Shown here: in pieces, positions 50,640 to 63,392 of the stretch
Position numbering within the stretch: position 1 is the stretch's first letter
Layout of the letters: each line of letters opens with the position of its first letter
From: Camelus ferus
Lineage: Eukaryota
NCBI RefSeq assembly: GCF_009834535.1
Contig: NC_045697.1
Location: 109,494,001 to 109,558,000 of the forward strand
DNA: 64,000 nucleotides
Direction of reading: 5' to 3'
Notes under the pieces: generated by a model
What the model was told of the DNA's origin: nothing
Seen by the model: only the letters and a program-made list of their open reading frames with translations
Databases searched by the model: none
Made by a program: the position numbers and the translations under genes

Positions 50640-50749
50640 GTAGGTCTTCACCCTTCTTCATTTCATTTACTTAGCACTGGGGAGACGGTTCAACCTAGGA
50701 CTTTATTGAAATTTCAGTACGTAATTTTTTAATAATTGAGATTTTTCTC

Positions 50750-51950
50750 TCCAGCCTCTTATTTTGAAAAATTTCAAAGGTCAGAAGAATTGTAAAGTCT
50801 AGTACAGTGAATATGCAAACGTTCCCCCTCTGGACTCCCCAGTTGTTGACATGTTAGCACTTTTGCTCTTTTCTCTCTCTCTCCGTCTGTATCTACGTGC
50901 ACACACACGTTCCCTTTGTGCTGAGTCACTTGGAAGTAAACTGTCAATATCACACTTCAGCCCCCAGTGCTTCATTAGGGAATAATTTCTTTCCTAAGGA
51001 GAATTTTCTCCTACATATAACAGCACTGTCATTACATACCCTGCAAACTTCATATTGATACAATTATGTTATCTAACATGTGTTCCGTATTCACATTTCC
51101 CAAGTTGGCCCCCCAAATATCTGTTACAGCTTTCTTTTTCTTTCTCCTTTTTTTTCTTTTTTTTTTTTTTTAAATCCAGGATCATGCGTTGCATTTGGTG
51201 GCCACGTTCCCTTAATTTTCTTTAGACTACTGTCCCCTCCCTTTTCTTCCTTTTTCATCATATTGATCTTTCAGAGCATCCTAGCCAGTCTCATAGGACA
51301 TTCAGCACTCTGGATTTTGCCCGTTGCTGCTTTAAGTTTGCCTTCCTGTTAAACATTCTGGGGAAGAGTGCTGATGACTCAGTTGGCCCTGGGTCCTTGT
51401 CACTTCAGGAGGCCCGTCGATGTCAGTTGGTCCCATTACTGGCGTAGCACAGTTGAATCCTTTGACTTGCCGTTGTACGTGTGACAGGCCTCTGTCCGTT
51501 GTAGGTGTTTTTCCTTTGGCAAGTAAAAAGCTATATGGGCTGTGATCATTGGAGACCTTGCACATTTCCTGTTCCCTCAGAATGTTTCCCACTGTGATTT
51601 TATTAACCATCGATAATCCTTGCCTGGGATCACTTGTTGAATTGCTGGCTGCAAAAATGGTGGTTTCTAATGATTCACTCTACACTCTTTTTGGGCATCA
51701 CTGTGGAGTTTTTGGTTATTGCCACCATTACCATCATTATTATCTTTGATGCCAACTTGTCCCAAATTTGGCTGAGGGCGTCCTTCAAGGCTCGCTCGTG
51801 GGTCCCTTTGACTCATGCCCATCATTCTTCGAGCACTTTCTTGCTTTCTAGTAAAACAGGATGTTCCAGGGTCATCCTGTACTCGGGCTTCCCCAGACCC
51901 AGAAGAAGCCATTTTTATTTCCAAAAGCCTCTTACTCCTTTTAGGGGGAG
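50750..51950 (-). mobile_element. Ancient L1 (L1MC/L1ME-like) 3' region
   Basis: ttattttgaaaaatttcaaa...ccagttgttgacatgttagcac...caggatgttccagggtcatcctgtac; filling most of intron 16. Confidence 0.65.
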
Positions 51951-52020
51951 TGATATTTAGTGATTTCCCTTTTTTCTGCCCAAGTTATTTTGATGATTTC
52001 TTTCTTTATGAATCACCCAG

Positions 52021-52162
52021 GAGGAGTGTATTAGGAACAACGCGGTTTGCCCACTCGAAGCGATCCAGGGAGTCAGAACCCTTTGCTTCCTTCCTGCCTC
52101 GCCTGATCCCTCAGCCTGGCGTTATGCTGAACTTCAGCGCCACCGCCCTGAGGAGCAGCGTG
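52021..52162 (+). CDS. TMEM131L: TMEM131L exon 17 (142 nt): [13 protein letters not shown]...[12 protein letters not shown]
   Basis: acccag|G...GTG|gtgagc. Confidence 0.94.
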
Positions 52163-52765
52163 GTGAGCATCCTCGGTGTCTTTTCATCTCTCCGCCAGGG
52201 ACACCCCAGCGCTTGGGTTTTTATGTTACCAGAGTCTTTCCACCTTGAGATGCTGCTTCAGAACCAGAATTCTTTTAAATTTAAGTGACACACACCTGCC
52301 ACTCAGCCCTTGGAGTGGGGAGGTGTCCAAAGGACAAAGTAAGGAATAAAACTCTGAAACAGACTGGAAGTGCATAAAAGAAATACGTTTTATGAAGTCT
52401 GTGTTCAATTCAAAATCTGCCAGCTGAGCAAGTATTCAGCTGCCCACCACAGAGAATCGTGACTGACACAGGCTTCGGCAGGTGGGAGGGGAGTGCGGCG
52501 CTCACTGGGAGAGGTCTGGGAAGCGGCTCGGTGATGCCTGCTGCCCCGCCATCCTCATCCTCGGCCGCTGGCGCCCGACTGTGGGCCTCTCTCCCCCAGC
52601 AGGGGTGGTGGGGAGGGAGGGCAGAGGGAAAGAAGACGCCAGCAGACCTGAGTTTTTGTCTCGTAAGCTTCCTTGCCCAAGAGCTAGATCACACGTGGTC
52701 TGAGTAGTAAGTTACACTTATTCAGGTGCTTGTTGAGTTTCTTAGGCAAGACATCCTAAAACTGC

Positions 52766-52944
52766 TTTTTTTTTTTTTTTCAGTATATATATTTTTATTG
52801 TAGTACAGTCCGTTGACACAATGTTGTCTCAATTGCTGGTGTACAGCATAATGCTTCAGTCATATAGGAACAAACATATATTTGTTTTCATATTCTTTCT
52901 CACCATAAGTTACTACGAGACGTTGAATATAGTTCCCTGTGCTA
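52766..52944 (-). mobile_element. Short L1 3' end
   Basis: Poly(T) then L1 3'UTR; TSD ctaaaactgcttttt. Confidence 0.88.
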
Positions 52945-53410
52945 CTAAAACTGCTTTTTAATGAAACTTCTATTTTGAAATCATTTCAACTTGGAGAAAA
53001 GTTTCAAGAGGGGACAAGACCTCCCCATTGCCCTTCACAAAGATGCATCCATCTCTGACGTTTGCCACACTCGCTCCACGGCTTCCTCTCTCTTTCCACG
53101 CACACGCATTTTTAGGGGCCACTTGAGAGGGCCAGACGTTATGCCTCCACCTCTAACTACTACTCCCGTGTGAATTTCCAAAGAGCAACATCTTCTGACA
53201 TGTCAGAGGATAATGATCAGAATCAGAAAATGTAACATTAATCATAATAACGTTCTCTCACCTGCAGTCTGCCTTCCAGCTCTCCCAGTTATCCCACCAG
53301 CAGGCTTTGTGGCTTTTTTTTGGTCCTGGCTGATCCAGGATCTCTCAGGGGCTGGTCAGGTGGCTTCCCCTCCTTGGATCTTCCTTAGTCTCTCTTCTCA
53401 GAGCACACTC

Positions 53411-53635
53411 TTTTTTTTTTTTTTTTCCCCATTTTTCAGTTTTATTAGGTAGAATTGTTACAATTTGACTGCACATATACAATATATTGCATGTGAATAC
53501 ATATACACGATATACTGCACATATTTTAAAAAATTTACATGTATGTACTGTTCATTGTTTCTAAGAACGTTTAAAGCTTTAGCTTTTTAAGCTTACATAG
53601 TTACCAATGGAATAAAGCCAACCACAAAATAAGAA
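53411..53635 (-). mobile_element. Unidentified poly(A)-tailed retroposed sequence, copy 2
   Basis: Homologous to 16919-17133. Confidence 0.75.
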
Positions 53636-53990
53636 CTAATTCAGAAAGACACATACAGCCCACTATTAACAGCAACATTATTTATAAGTGCCAAGATATG
53701 GAAGCATCCTAAATGCACATCACTAGATGAATGGATAAAGAAGGTGCAGCATATATATGTAATGGAATACAGCTCACCCGTAAGAAAGAAGGATATTTTG
53801 CCATTTGCAGCCCTTCATTCACTTTTTTTTTTCCTCTTCAAAAACCAGAATTTTATAATGGGCACTTCTTTTGCATCAAAAAGACCAAAATACCTAGAAA
53901 TAAACTTAACCAAGGAGATTACCTGTACTCTGAAAACTGTAAAACACTGATGAAGGAAATTGAAGATGACACAAAGAAACAGAAAGAAAT
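53636..53990 (+). mobile_element. Sense-strand L1 ORF2 fragments (53636-53813 and about 53869-53990)
   Basis: gatgaatggataaagaag...gccatttgcagc; peptides KYLEINLTKE and YSENCKTLMKEIEDDTKK. Confidence 0.85.
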
Positions 53991-54166
53991 CTTATCAGAG
54001 TGCAGGCACTTTTGAGGCGTTCAGGCCGTCTGTTCTCCGGGCTGTCCCTCGAGCTGATGGCTGCGTTGCTTTGCATGGTTAGCTGCAGGGGATGCGTTTT
54101 TGCAGGAACGTCTCAGGAGCGGTGCAGCCTTTCTCGGGGTTCTGACTCTCCTCTCCCCGCCTCTAG

Positions 54167-54276
54167 GTGAAGTACTTTGTGGTGAAGAATCCTTCCTCTC
54201 TGCCAGTCTCCCTGCAGCTCCTGCCCATCTCCCTGTACCCCAGACCCGAGGCCGCTGTGCGCCTGCTCCACAAATG
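54167..54276 (+). CDS. TMEM131L: TMEM131L exon 18 (110 nt): [37 protein letters not shown]
   Basis: ctctag|GTG...AAA TG|gtaacg. Confidence 0.95.
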
Positions 54277-54796
54277 GTAACGCCCAGTCCTGAAGACTCC
54301 TCGGGGGGAGGGGTTTGGGGAAGTGCTGTTTAGACCCAGCATCGTGTAACATCCTTCACATTCTCCCCGGAGCCTGTGTGTGGCTGTGCACCAGCCGCCC
54401 GTGCACACCCCTGACGGCAGTTCCCAGCTGTGTGTACCGTGTGACGTCTTGTCTTCCTGGGTCAAGTCCAGGCCCCCAGCAGAATATTCTTTTCTTGTCA
54501 GGGAACCTTTGCAGTCACAGTGGTTCACATACACTCCTAAAATTTATCATCAAAATGCCGGTGACCTCTGCGCAACGCGAGAAATGACGTTAGTGGTTTA
54601 GTGCGTTTTTCATTTCATGTTGGTAATAAACAAGATGCGGTAATATTGTTCGTGTCTGTTACATCTAATTTTCGCATAGCAATCACAGTTGCACCTAGAA
54701 CGTTTCCTCTTTTGGCTTAGTAAGACCTCCCCTGATCCCCAGGTCTGAGCTTCAGCCCTGTTACGTGGCAGAGCAGAGGAGTCTGTGTTCAAGGAG

Positions 54797-54950
54797 GGGG
54801 ATGGGGTGTTCTGTGCTTTGAGGGGTGTTTAGCAGCGACCCTGGTTTCCACCCAGTAGATGCCGGTAGGACCTCCCCAGCCACGACAAGCAAATATCTCC
54901 AGACATGGCCACGAGTCCACTGAGATAAAACTGTCCTTGGCCGAGAGTTC
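54797..54950. mobile_element. MER20 (hAT-Charlie) fragment
   Basis: gtgtttagcagcgaccctggtttccacccagtagatgccggtag...aaatatctccagacatggcca. Confidence 0.75.
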
Positions 54951-55165
54951 CTATCAGGTTCCGTAGCTGTGGACCATTTAAAGAAAAAGAAATTGCTTCA
55001 TCTTTAGAGCTTTTGTCACCATATACTTTTTTACATTCTTTGCTGTCAGTGGTATTCATTCCACAGTATTTATTGAGTTCTTAGAATATGTCAGGTACGG
55101 TGTGAGGGGCTGGGACCCCAGAGTGTAAGGACAGGTGGATTGCGTCTGTGTGCAGGTACATGTGC

Positions 55166-55166
<1 letters not shown>

Positions 55167-55198
<32 letters not shown>

Positions 55199-55203
55199 TG
55201 TGT
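55167..55203. repeat. (TG)n microsatellite upstream of the exon 19 acceptor
   Basis: TG array with one interruption. Confidence 0.9.
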
Positions 55204-55268
55204 ATTATATGTAATTCTTTCTTCCTTGGTGCTCTGAATGCTATTTTACACATTTTTTTTCTTTGTAG

Positions 55269-55341
55269 GTTTGGCACCGATACGCAGATGATTAATTTCA
55301 CAACTGGTGAATTCCAGCTCACCAAAGCTTGCCCTTACCAG
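55269..55341 (+). CDS. TMEM131L: TMEM131L exon 19 (73 nt): [24 protein letters not shown]
   Basis: ttgtag|G...CAG|gtaggg. Confidence 0.95.
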
Positions 55342-56228
55342 GTAGGGTGTCGTCTTTAAACAGAAAAAAGAATGCTGACAAACTAGATGCATAGCATTTG
55401 GGCCTCACTGATTTATGTTCCGAGTGTCTTTACGTAATGTATGTGGCTCTCTTATTTTTATATTCTAGAATTAAGTATGCAAAGCAGATTTTTCCAGTTA
55501 ACTCAGGCAGCAGGAGCCCCTGGTTCATGTGAGCCTGCAAATCATTTTAATGTGATTATTTAGATTCTTGTGAGTGAAGAAATAAAAACTGAATCAGAGC
55601 TATGGAGAAAACCATAAAACTTGAGACCCCGTAATTTATAATTCTCCTAAGATTCCTCGGCCCCATCAGATTCTTTTTAAAGGCAAGATAAAGTAAAAGC
55701 AATTAAAAAAATCTTCTCTCACTAAACTGACTTCATATTTTTTTTAGCAAACCAGCCAATTTCTGTGATAGTCACCTCATCTATATAAAAGGATTTCTCT
55801 GAAAATCTTAACGCTCTGGGCACTCAGAAGGTCTTGGATAAATACTGAGGAGAGGGAGTAAACATGTCATGTGGCAAGGGTGTTGTTTGGGAACTTGGCA
55901 GCCTGGTTTCTGAGTTTTCACGCAGTCGTTCTGTGGGTCACTGGTGTAGCTGAGCACTTTCCTCACAGGTGTTCTGTGCCAGAGATCAATTCAAACACGA
56001 AGCATCTCTTAAAAAAAATACGCACGTACACCTGTGAACACATATGCGTATCACTGTATTTCTAATGCACAAACGTATTTAAATGCCTTGGGTGCTTTTT
56101 TCTTTCTCTGCCCTTACCACCCCCTCCAAAGGTACACTGTTGGCTCCAGATTACCTTGAAAGAGGGAGGCCATAGATAACCTCCAGCTGAGAGTTAAAAT
56201 AGGAGTCAAAGCAGACTTTTTAAGTAGG

Positions 56229-56747
56229 TTTTTTTTTTTTTAATTGAAGCATAGTCAATGTACAATGTTGTGTCAATTTCTGGTGCACAGCATAGTGATT
56301 CAGTCATACGTATACGTACATATATTCGTTTTCATATTCTTTTTCATTATGTGTTACTACGGGATACTAAATACAGTTCCCTGTGCTCTACAGTGGAAAC
56401 TTGTTGTTTATCTATTTTATATATAGTAGTTAGTATCTGCAAATCTCGAACCCCCAATGTATCCCTTCCCACCCCCTTTCCCTCTGGTAACCATAAGTTT
56501 GTTCTCTGTGTCTGTTTGTTTCTGTTTTGTAAATAAGTTCATTTGTCTTTTTTTTAGATTCCACATATAAGGTATACCATACAGTATTTTTCTTTCTCTT
56601 TCTGGCTTAACATCACTTAGAATGACAATCTTCAGGTCCATCCATGCTGCTGCAAATGGCATTAGTTTATTATTTTTTATGGCTGAGTAGTATTCCATTG
56701 TATAAAAATACCACAGCTTCTTTATCCAGTCATCTGTCAATAGACAT
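56229..56747 (-). mobile_element. L1 3' end
   Basis: ORF-track peptide DDWIKKLWYFYTMEYYSAIK...WMDLKIVILS is the L1 ORF2 terminus. Confidence 0.95.
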
Positions 56748-58373
56748 TGAGTGGGTTTTTAATGGAGACGTTTTTACAGTAGGAAACACACAATAGTAAT
56801 GCTTGTTTCCCTTTGTATGTGGTCTGGGCAGCACTGCCTTGTTGTGTTAGGAGCCTGCCCCGCTCTGTCCCTCTCACTTTTCTCTCCACCAAGCAGTCTC
56901 CCAGGGCTGCTGAGAGGTAAATGAGGCCAAGATGCTAACAGGTATTTTGCTCCACTACTATTTAATCATATATAATTTTAAATTCCAAAAATAATGCCAG
57001 TTTCCTTTACATGGCAATATCCTTTCTATTCAGATTTGGAAAGATGGTGCAGCTCACTTGGAAAACATTTTTAATCAGTGATTGAAGATTTTCCCCAAGA
57101 ACATTACATCTTTTGTGATAAAGGATATGATTACCATGGTTAATTTACTACATTGACAGAAAGAATAGTTTCAGTGTCTTCGAGACACTCAAAACTTTAA
57201 CTTAAAATTCTTATTAGAATTCTTTGTTATACAAAGGCCTACATTATTTTTGTCCATTTGCTTTTAGAAATGTAGCTCTTTTGGTTAAGAGCATGTGGGA
57301 CTGGACATTCAGGTTTCCAGATATTCCGGCTCTTCCATGTAATCCTGGGGAAACTGCTTGAACCTCTCCAAGCCTTCTCTTTCTCACTCGTAATAATGTT
57401 TGAAGATTCAACAAGTTTATGGAATGCTTAGTATTTTATATATGCACCTAATTACATTCCAGTGCCTGGCATGGAAGAACTATTTAATAATTGGTGCTGT
57501 CGTGGTTATACTTTTAATACCATAAGTTGGCAGCTTTTTGTTCAGTATTCGTATGTGTATAAAGCAGAGTTTCTCCCTCATGAAGTTTGTAATTTTAATG
57601 AAAGTGAATCAGATACCATCACTGTTTCTTCTTTTAGGTAGCGTGGGAAATGCTAGCAATAACTGAAGGATAAAACAAACTTAAAACCTAAAAATACAGA
57701 AGAGAGAAATATTAAGCAGACTGTACAGTTAGCTCTAAAAAAATTAATAAATTACTTTCAGTGAGAAGGAGCTAGAAAAGAGTGGGAAGAGGGAAAGTCT
57801 ACCACAGTGATAAAGAACCAAGTCTTGAATGTTAAATTTAGAACACAGAATTTTATCCAGAGAAAGTTAGAAATCTTGGAGAGAATAAAAGAGGATGTGA
57901 ATAAATAAAGATCTTTCTCCTGAATGGAGAGACTAAATATAATGAAGATGATTTGTTTATAAACTTAAACTTGACATTAAAGTGAATTTAGGGTTGTCCA
58001 GCAGTGGATGGGTGGCTCGGTCAGATCCCTGTAGTGTTTGAGCAAAGGCTGTGTGGTCTGTTTTCTAGGTGATGTTTTACATTCACAGCATCATTCCATC
58101 AAAGGCCTCTAGCCCCAGCTCCCATCTGCTCCAGGAAGCAGGTCCCCTTTCCAGCATCCAGTGTCAGGTTGTCCTGCAGCCTCTGCCTCTGCTGCTCAGC
58201 TGCGGCTGGGGCACCATGGATGGACGTGGGCTCTCAGGATAAACAAGTTTCACAGGTTGATTTGGTTGGTCAGGTCTAGACATTAAAGAAAAAGCAGTCA
58301 TGCTTATCGTCCACGATGCACTTAACGGACGCTTGCTCTCCGGGAGTTAATTGCATTTATGAATACTTTGCAG

Positions 58374-58501
58374 GGTGTGCATGCTGAAGAATCCGGGTTT
58401 GGCGTCCTCCACTTACATTTGCAGCCTTTGGAAATGAAAAGGGTCGGGGTAGTTTTCACACCAGCTGACTATGGAAAAGTGACTTCACTCATCCTAATCC
58501 G
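58374..58501 (+). CDS. TMEM131L: TMEM131L exon 20 (128 nt): [43 protein letters not shown]
   Basis: ttgcag|GGT...ATC CG|gtaggt. Confidence 0.95.
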
Positions 58502-60371
58502 GTAGGTGTGTCCCTGTCTCTTTCTTGGCTGACTGAATTTCTCAAGAATACACAATCTCTTTAGCAAAGAGTTGACATGTACCTCTAGTCAGGCCCTCAG
58601 TGATGAGCTGTGTCTCATGGTAGGAGAGGTGTGGCTCCACACTTAATCCCAGTGCCCCAGGCTCCTCCCTTGTACCGTGGGGTGTGAGTGCCCATCTTCC
58701 TGGGGCGGCGGTACCCTTCACTCAGTGCCTCACCTGCCATCAGAGAGCAGAACACACACATGAGCACACAGACACGTACTTCTCTGTCCTCAGCTCTGAA
58801 AAATAATCGAAACACTGCTGTATATACATTTTCATTCCTCAGTGTTTGGATTTATACCATTGTCCCATCTGTATGTCTTGCTTCTGGAACTCTCTGTAGC
58901 TGCAAAGGACAATGGAAAAAGTGCTTGGTTCAGCCTCCTGACTTGTATTGCTTCTTTTCCTTCCTTTTAAATGAACAATTGTTGTTAATTGATTTAAACA
59001 GCTACATGTTTTTCATTCTTAAAATTTTTGCATCTTTAGGTAGTCTTTGAGTCTTTTCTCAAAAATTTGCAGTCAATACAGGTCTATGTTGAAGCTCTCT
59101 GAATGGCTAAGACATCTGACAAGTTCAGTTTTTCATTAATGTCATTTTTGTTATTTTTTTTTGTAAAGCGTTTCTAGTGTCAGATAAGCAGGCAAAGACT
59201 TTATGATTTTGGACGTTCTTTAGTATATCATATGAGTTTGTTCTTCTGCAAGTGAGTGCTACTAAAATGAAAATGCACTAAAATAAAGTTCTTAAAATAG
59301 TTTGTTTTATTAAGCATTTTGACTAGTGCTTACTAGAACAAACGAATAACCAATGTTCCAGTAAGCATTTTAATGCTCTGCTGACAATGTTTCATCTTAA
59401 ACCCATTCTCTGTTGAAGAACTAAGGTTGTAGGAAGTACAAAGATAAGCTTTATCTCATCCCAGCTTCAACTATCCCAGACTTAAAAAGTCTCGATTTTT
59501 TTATACTAGTTAATTTATTTTTGATGGTTTCTGTATTGAGAGATATTTTTCTGTAAACAATATTGATCATCTAACGTCACTAAAAGGCTTTTAAGCAGTT
59601 TTCCATAAAGGTTTTAATCCTCTAGAAGAGGTAAAGACATCTCAGTGTATTCTGCATAACTAGGAATGGATTCTGTCTCTGCTTCTAGTATTTACGTGAA
59701 TGATAACTGGCTTTCAGTGCTGTCTCCATCATTTGAACATCATTTCCACTTAACTTTTTCATCCTGGGATTCATGATTTCATTTAATGAAAAGGCAAGAG
59801 CTAGTCTGAATTACTGTTTGACTCTTAAGAACTTGAGTCGATATATATTATTTTTGGATGATATTTTATATCTTTAGTTCAGAAGATAGGGTCGGATTTT
59901 ATTTCTAGAATTACCCCTAAGGCAGAATTTCTTAGAGTCACAATTACTGTGAAAACTCCTTAATTCACCCTGTAAACGGTTTTTTACCAATTTGTCCTAA
60001 TTTGTTAAGTGTTTCTGGGTGGCCCCCAGTTTATTTCTTCATTTTTTTGTCTCTTGGAGGGTTGATCACCCCCCTGGTGCCTGCTTAGAACACTGCGGGT
60101 TTCCATTCTTGGGCGGAGACTGGAGACCGGTCATGGTCATTCGCTGGTTCTCACCCAGTCCGCTTGCCGTGACTCTGCCAGGGCTTGGCGGCTTCCGTTG
60201 GCTCATGGATTCCCTGAGATGGCAGGAGATGCCACACTCTTTAAATGGATTCCCCCCCTCCCCCCAAATCTTTAAAAACGTTTTTGCTAACTAGGAATAT
60301 TCAAATTCAAGTCACTGTATCTTGTGACTCTCCTGGTAATGCTTTTTTATTTGCATCTCCTTTCACTGTAG

Positions 60372-60514
60372 AAATAACCTGACTGTTATCGACATGGTTG
60401 GCGTGGAAGGATTTGGAGCAAGAGAATTACTGAAAGTGGGTGGAAGACTTCCTGGTGCGGGAGGGTCTCTGCGATTTAAGGTGCCCGAGTCCACGCTGAT
60501 GGACTGCCGCCGAC
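60372..60514 (+). CDS. TMEM131L: TMEM131L exon 21 (143 nt): [47 protein letters not shown]
   Basis: ctgtag|A...CGA C|gtgagt. Confidence 0.96.
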
Positions 60515-60542
60515 GTGAGTCCGAAAGCGTGGTTCCCGTGTG

Positions 60543-60614
60543 TGGCCTGTGTGCGTCGCGTGGCCTGTGTGCGTGGTGTGGCCCGTGTGCGTGGTGTGGC
60601 CCGTGTTCGTGGCA
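60543..60614. repeat. Minisatellite, four 18-bp units (tggccYgtgtgcgtggtg consensus)
   Basis: Units start at 60543, 60561, 60579 and 60597. Confidence 0.9.
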
Positions 60615-60917
60615 CTCGGAAGGGCAGGCTTGGGCTTAAGCCAAGAGCAAAATGAGATTACAAGATTCTTTAAAAAATTTACATTAAATTTGTTGTATTG
60701 ATGCAAATAATTAGGCAAACATTTGAGCATGTGTAGACAACTCGATTAGAACAACAGCCTTAGATATTTAACCCAATTTAAATAATAGATATGGGGGGAC
60801 AATGTATAATGTTAAGTTACCAGTAGAGTATGAAATATTAAAGATAACTGGTAATTTGGTTTATCAGTTAGCTAATCATAGAAAATCACACCAAAATGAG
60901 AAGTGGAGAGACTGAAA

Positions 60918-61117
60918 GTGTGCTAACCAGTAGAACTTTTCGCAGTAATGGAAGTGTTGTACATTGTGTTGTCCAGTCTGGCAGCTGCTTGCCATGTGTA
61001 GCTGATGAATGCTTAAAATACAGCTCGTGTGACTGAAAAAAATCAATTTTTAAATTTATTTAATTTTAATTTAAGTAACCATATGTATCTAGTGGCCACT
61101 GTATCAGATGGTACAGA
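60918..61117. mobile_element. MER3 (hAT-Charlie) MITE
   Basis: gtgctaaccagtagaacttttcgcagtaatggaagtgtt...ctagtggccactgtatcagatggtacag. Confidence 0.75.
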
Positions 61118-62183
61118 TTTAAACATCTACATGATTCATTAGAACTTTGTAAATTATGCATGAATTTAAATTAAATGCTTTTGAACTATTTGTGTTAGTT
61201 TCCAGAACTTCCTCAGGAACTAAGACAAAAAATAAAACAACAGATGAAAATGTTTTTGGTAAATTCTATCTTATTTTCCTATTATTAGTTTTAGTTTCAG
61301 GAACCCACTGAAAACATTATAGTGTAACAGTATGTATCCTATGGGAAAAACTCATTGAAACCATTGGATAATTTGTAGCACTACTTTAATGACTGTTTGA
61401 ATTTTTTTTTCCAGAAAATTATGCCAAATGAGCACCAAGTTTGAAAAGTTTAGCCATTTTGCATTCAAAGTTTTCATCAGAGTGTTTCTTTTCTCCATTC
61501 TTTCATTCGTTCAGTAGTTTAAAGTTGGCCTTGAAAGTTTGAATTAAGGAGGAATACGAAAACTGTAGAACCAGATAAAATGTCAGTCCTTATGTGGAAT
61601 AGATTGTGCATTATAGATTTATTGGAATATTTTAACATTTGATAACTGTTCCTTTTTTAAACTCCCAATATGAAATGTGCTTTTATTGATTTGCAAGGCT
61701 ATACCTACCTGCTGCATCCTCCTGCAGTGGGAGTTTGAACTGTTTTTAGTGGCTGTTTTGGATTTACACAGAAGCACACCCCCTCCTAACTGGTCCCTGT
61801 TCAGTGTGATCGAGGCACAGGGGGTGTGTGTGGTGGCTAGTGGTAAGTCCAGACTCCTAGGCTTCTGAGAAGAGTAAACTTACCACCTTAACCTTGAGTA
61901 AGTAAAAGAACAAAGAATAGATTTTGGGTACCTAGGCAGATCATTTAACTGAGGAACAACCTTGACTAGTTAAGTATTTTTATCATATTCTGATAGTACA
62001 ACAGAATCTATGACTGTTCTAGAAATTAGCTAGGAAATCATACTTTGAGCTTATATGGATTTTTTTTTTCATTTTAATCATGTAGATCATGGTTTGTGGA
62101 TTCAATAAATGTTGATATAGTAAATTGTTTTAAATAAAATTTGCAGTTCATCTGTACTAAATCTCACTTTCCATCCTCACTAG

Positions 62184-62370
62184 AACTGAAAGACAGCAAG
62201 CAAATTTTATCTATTACAAAGAACTTCAAGGTTGAGAATATCGGACCGCTTCCTATAACTGTGACGTCTCTGAAAATTAATGGGTATAATTGCCAAGGTT
62301 ATGGATTCGAAGTGCTAGACTGTCATCAGTTTTCCTTGGACCCCAGCACGTCCCGGGACATCAGCATTGT
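62184..62370 (+). CDS. TMEM131L: TMEM131L exon 22 (187 nt): [27 protein letters not shown]...TSRDISIV
   Basis: cactag|AA...ATT GT|gtgagc. Confidence 0.96.
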
Positions 62371-62582
62371 GTGAGCACTGGGCTGGAACCTCATTTAAGT
62401 TTGGGGATGCATTTAATATCTGGTGGGGAGAAACCCTTTTTCATCGGTAAGATGTCTTAAGTTGTTTTCATACAAGTATTTATCTTGTCAGTGTAAGAAA
62501 TTTTGCTGCCATGATAATTATTTTGTTTCGTGCCTAAAATGTAAACAATGAAGGTTCGTAAAGATGGCTCTTCTGTTGTTAG

Positions 62583-62768
62583 GTTTACCCCAGACTTCAC
62601 CTCTTCCTGGGTCATTCGTGAGCTGACTCTTGTGACGGCAGCAGACCTCGAGTTTCGCTTCACTCTCAACGTGACCCTCCCGCATCACCTGCTGCCTCTG
62701 TGTGCGGACGTGGTTCCAGGGCCCAGCTGGGAGGAGTCGTTTTGGAGGCTCACGGTTTTCTTCGTTGG
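62583..62768 (+). CDS. TMEM131L: TMEM131L exon 23 (186 nt): [14 protein letters not shown]...[17 protein letters not shown]; start of transmembrane helix
   Basis: tgttag|G...GTT GG|gtaagc. Confidence 0.96.
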
Positions 62769-63392
62769 GTAAGCTACCACCTTCTCCGCTGGAGAAGACA
62801 TCCCGGCGCGTTGCATGAAAATGGATATTGTCCAGGTGTGAGCGAAGCATATGGGTTGAGTGGAGCTTAGGTTGCTTTGAGAACCCTGACATTCATGAAG
62901 TAGACGAAGTAGTCACTGGTAAGCTTTAAGATAATAGTAAACTAATTGTAAGAGATTCACAGGGTGACCCAGGAGTATAGTGGACATTGTGTTCCATCTG
63001 TGTTCAAGGGCAGTCACAGTGGAAGGTGTATATGTAATATAACATCTAAGATACATAAACATCGTATAAGATGCATGATGTCTTATTAGCTTAGGACAAT
63101 GGCAATTTGAGATTAGAAGACTAGAATGACCCTTTAAGATGTGATTTTATCCTAGAAGTGTCTTTAAAAATTGAATTAGAATGTTGGAGTTAATAGTCAC
63201 ATTATTAGAAACTTCGTTTCTTAAAAAAATCTTCAAGAAATGTCAGAAATTGTGATGGCATACATCTTATGGGATTTTCATACCATATCTTTAGGCATTT
63301 CCCATCAACCATTCACCACTCTCCTGTAAAGCTGGTGTTTTTAACGCCAGTCAGAACCAGGCAGTAATGGACCTCGTTGCTTTCTTCCTCAG

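Noticed and set aside
52016..52026. NAGNAG acceptor (CAG GAG) at exon 17
   Set aside because: GAG acceptors are rarely used; nothing supports it beyond the motif.
60543..60614. CRISPR-like array
   Set aside because: Contiguous tandem units without spacers in mammalian DNA; an ordinary minisatellite.
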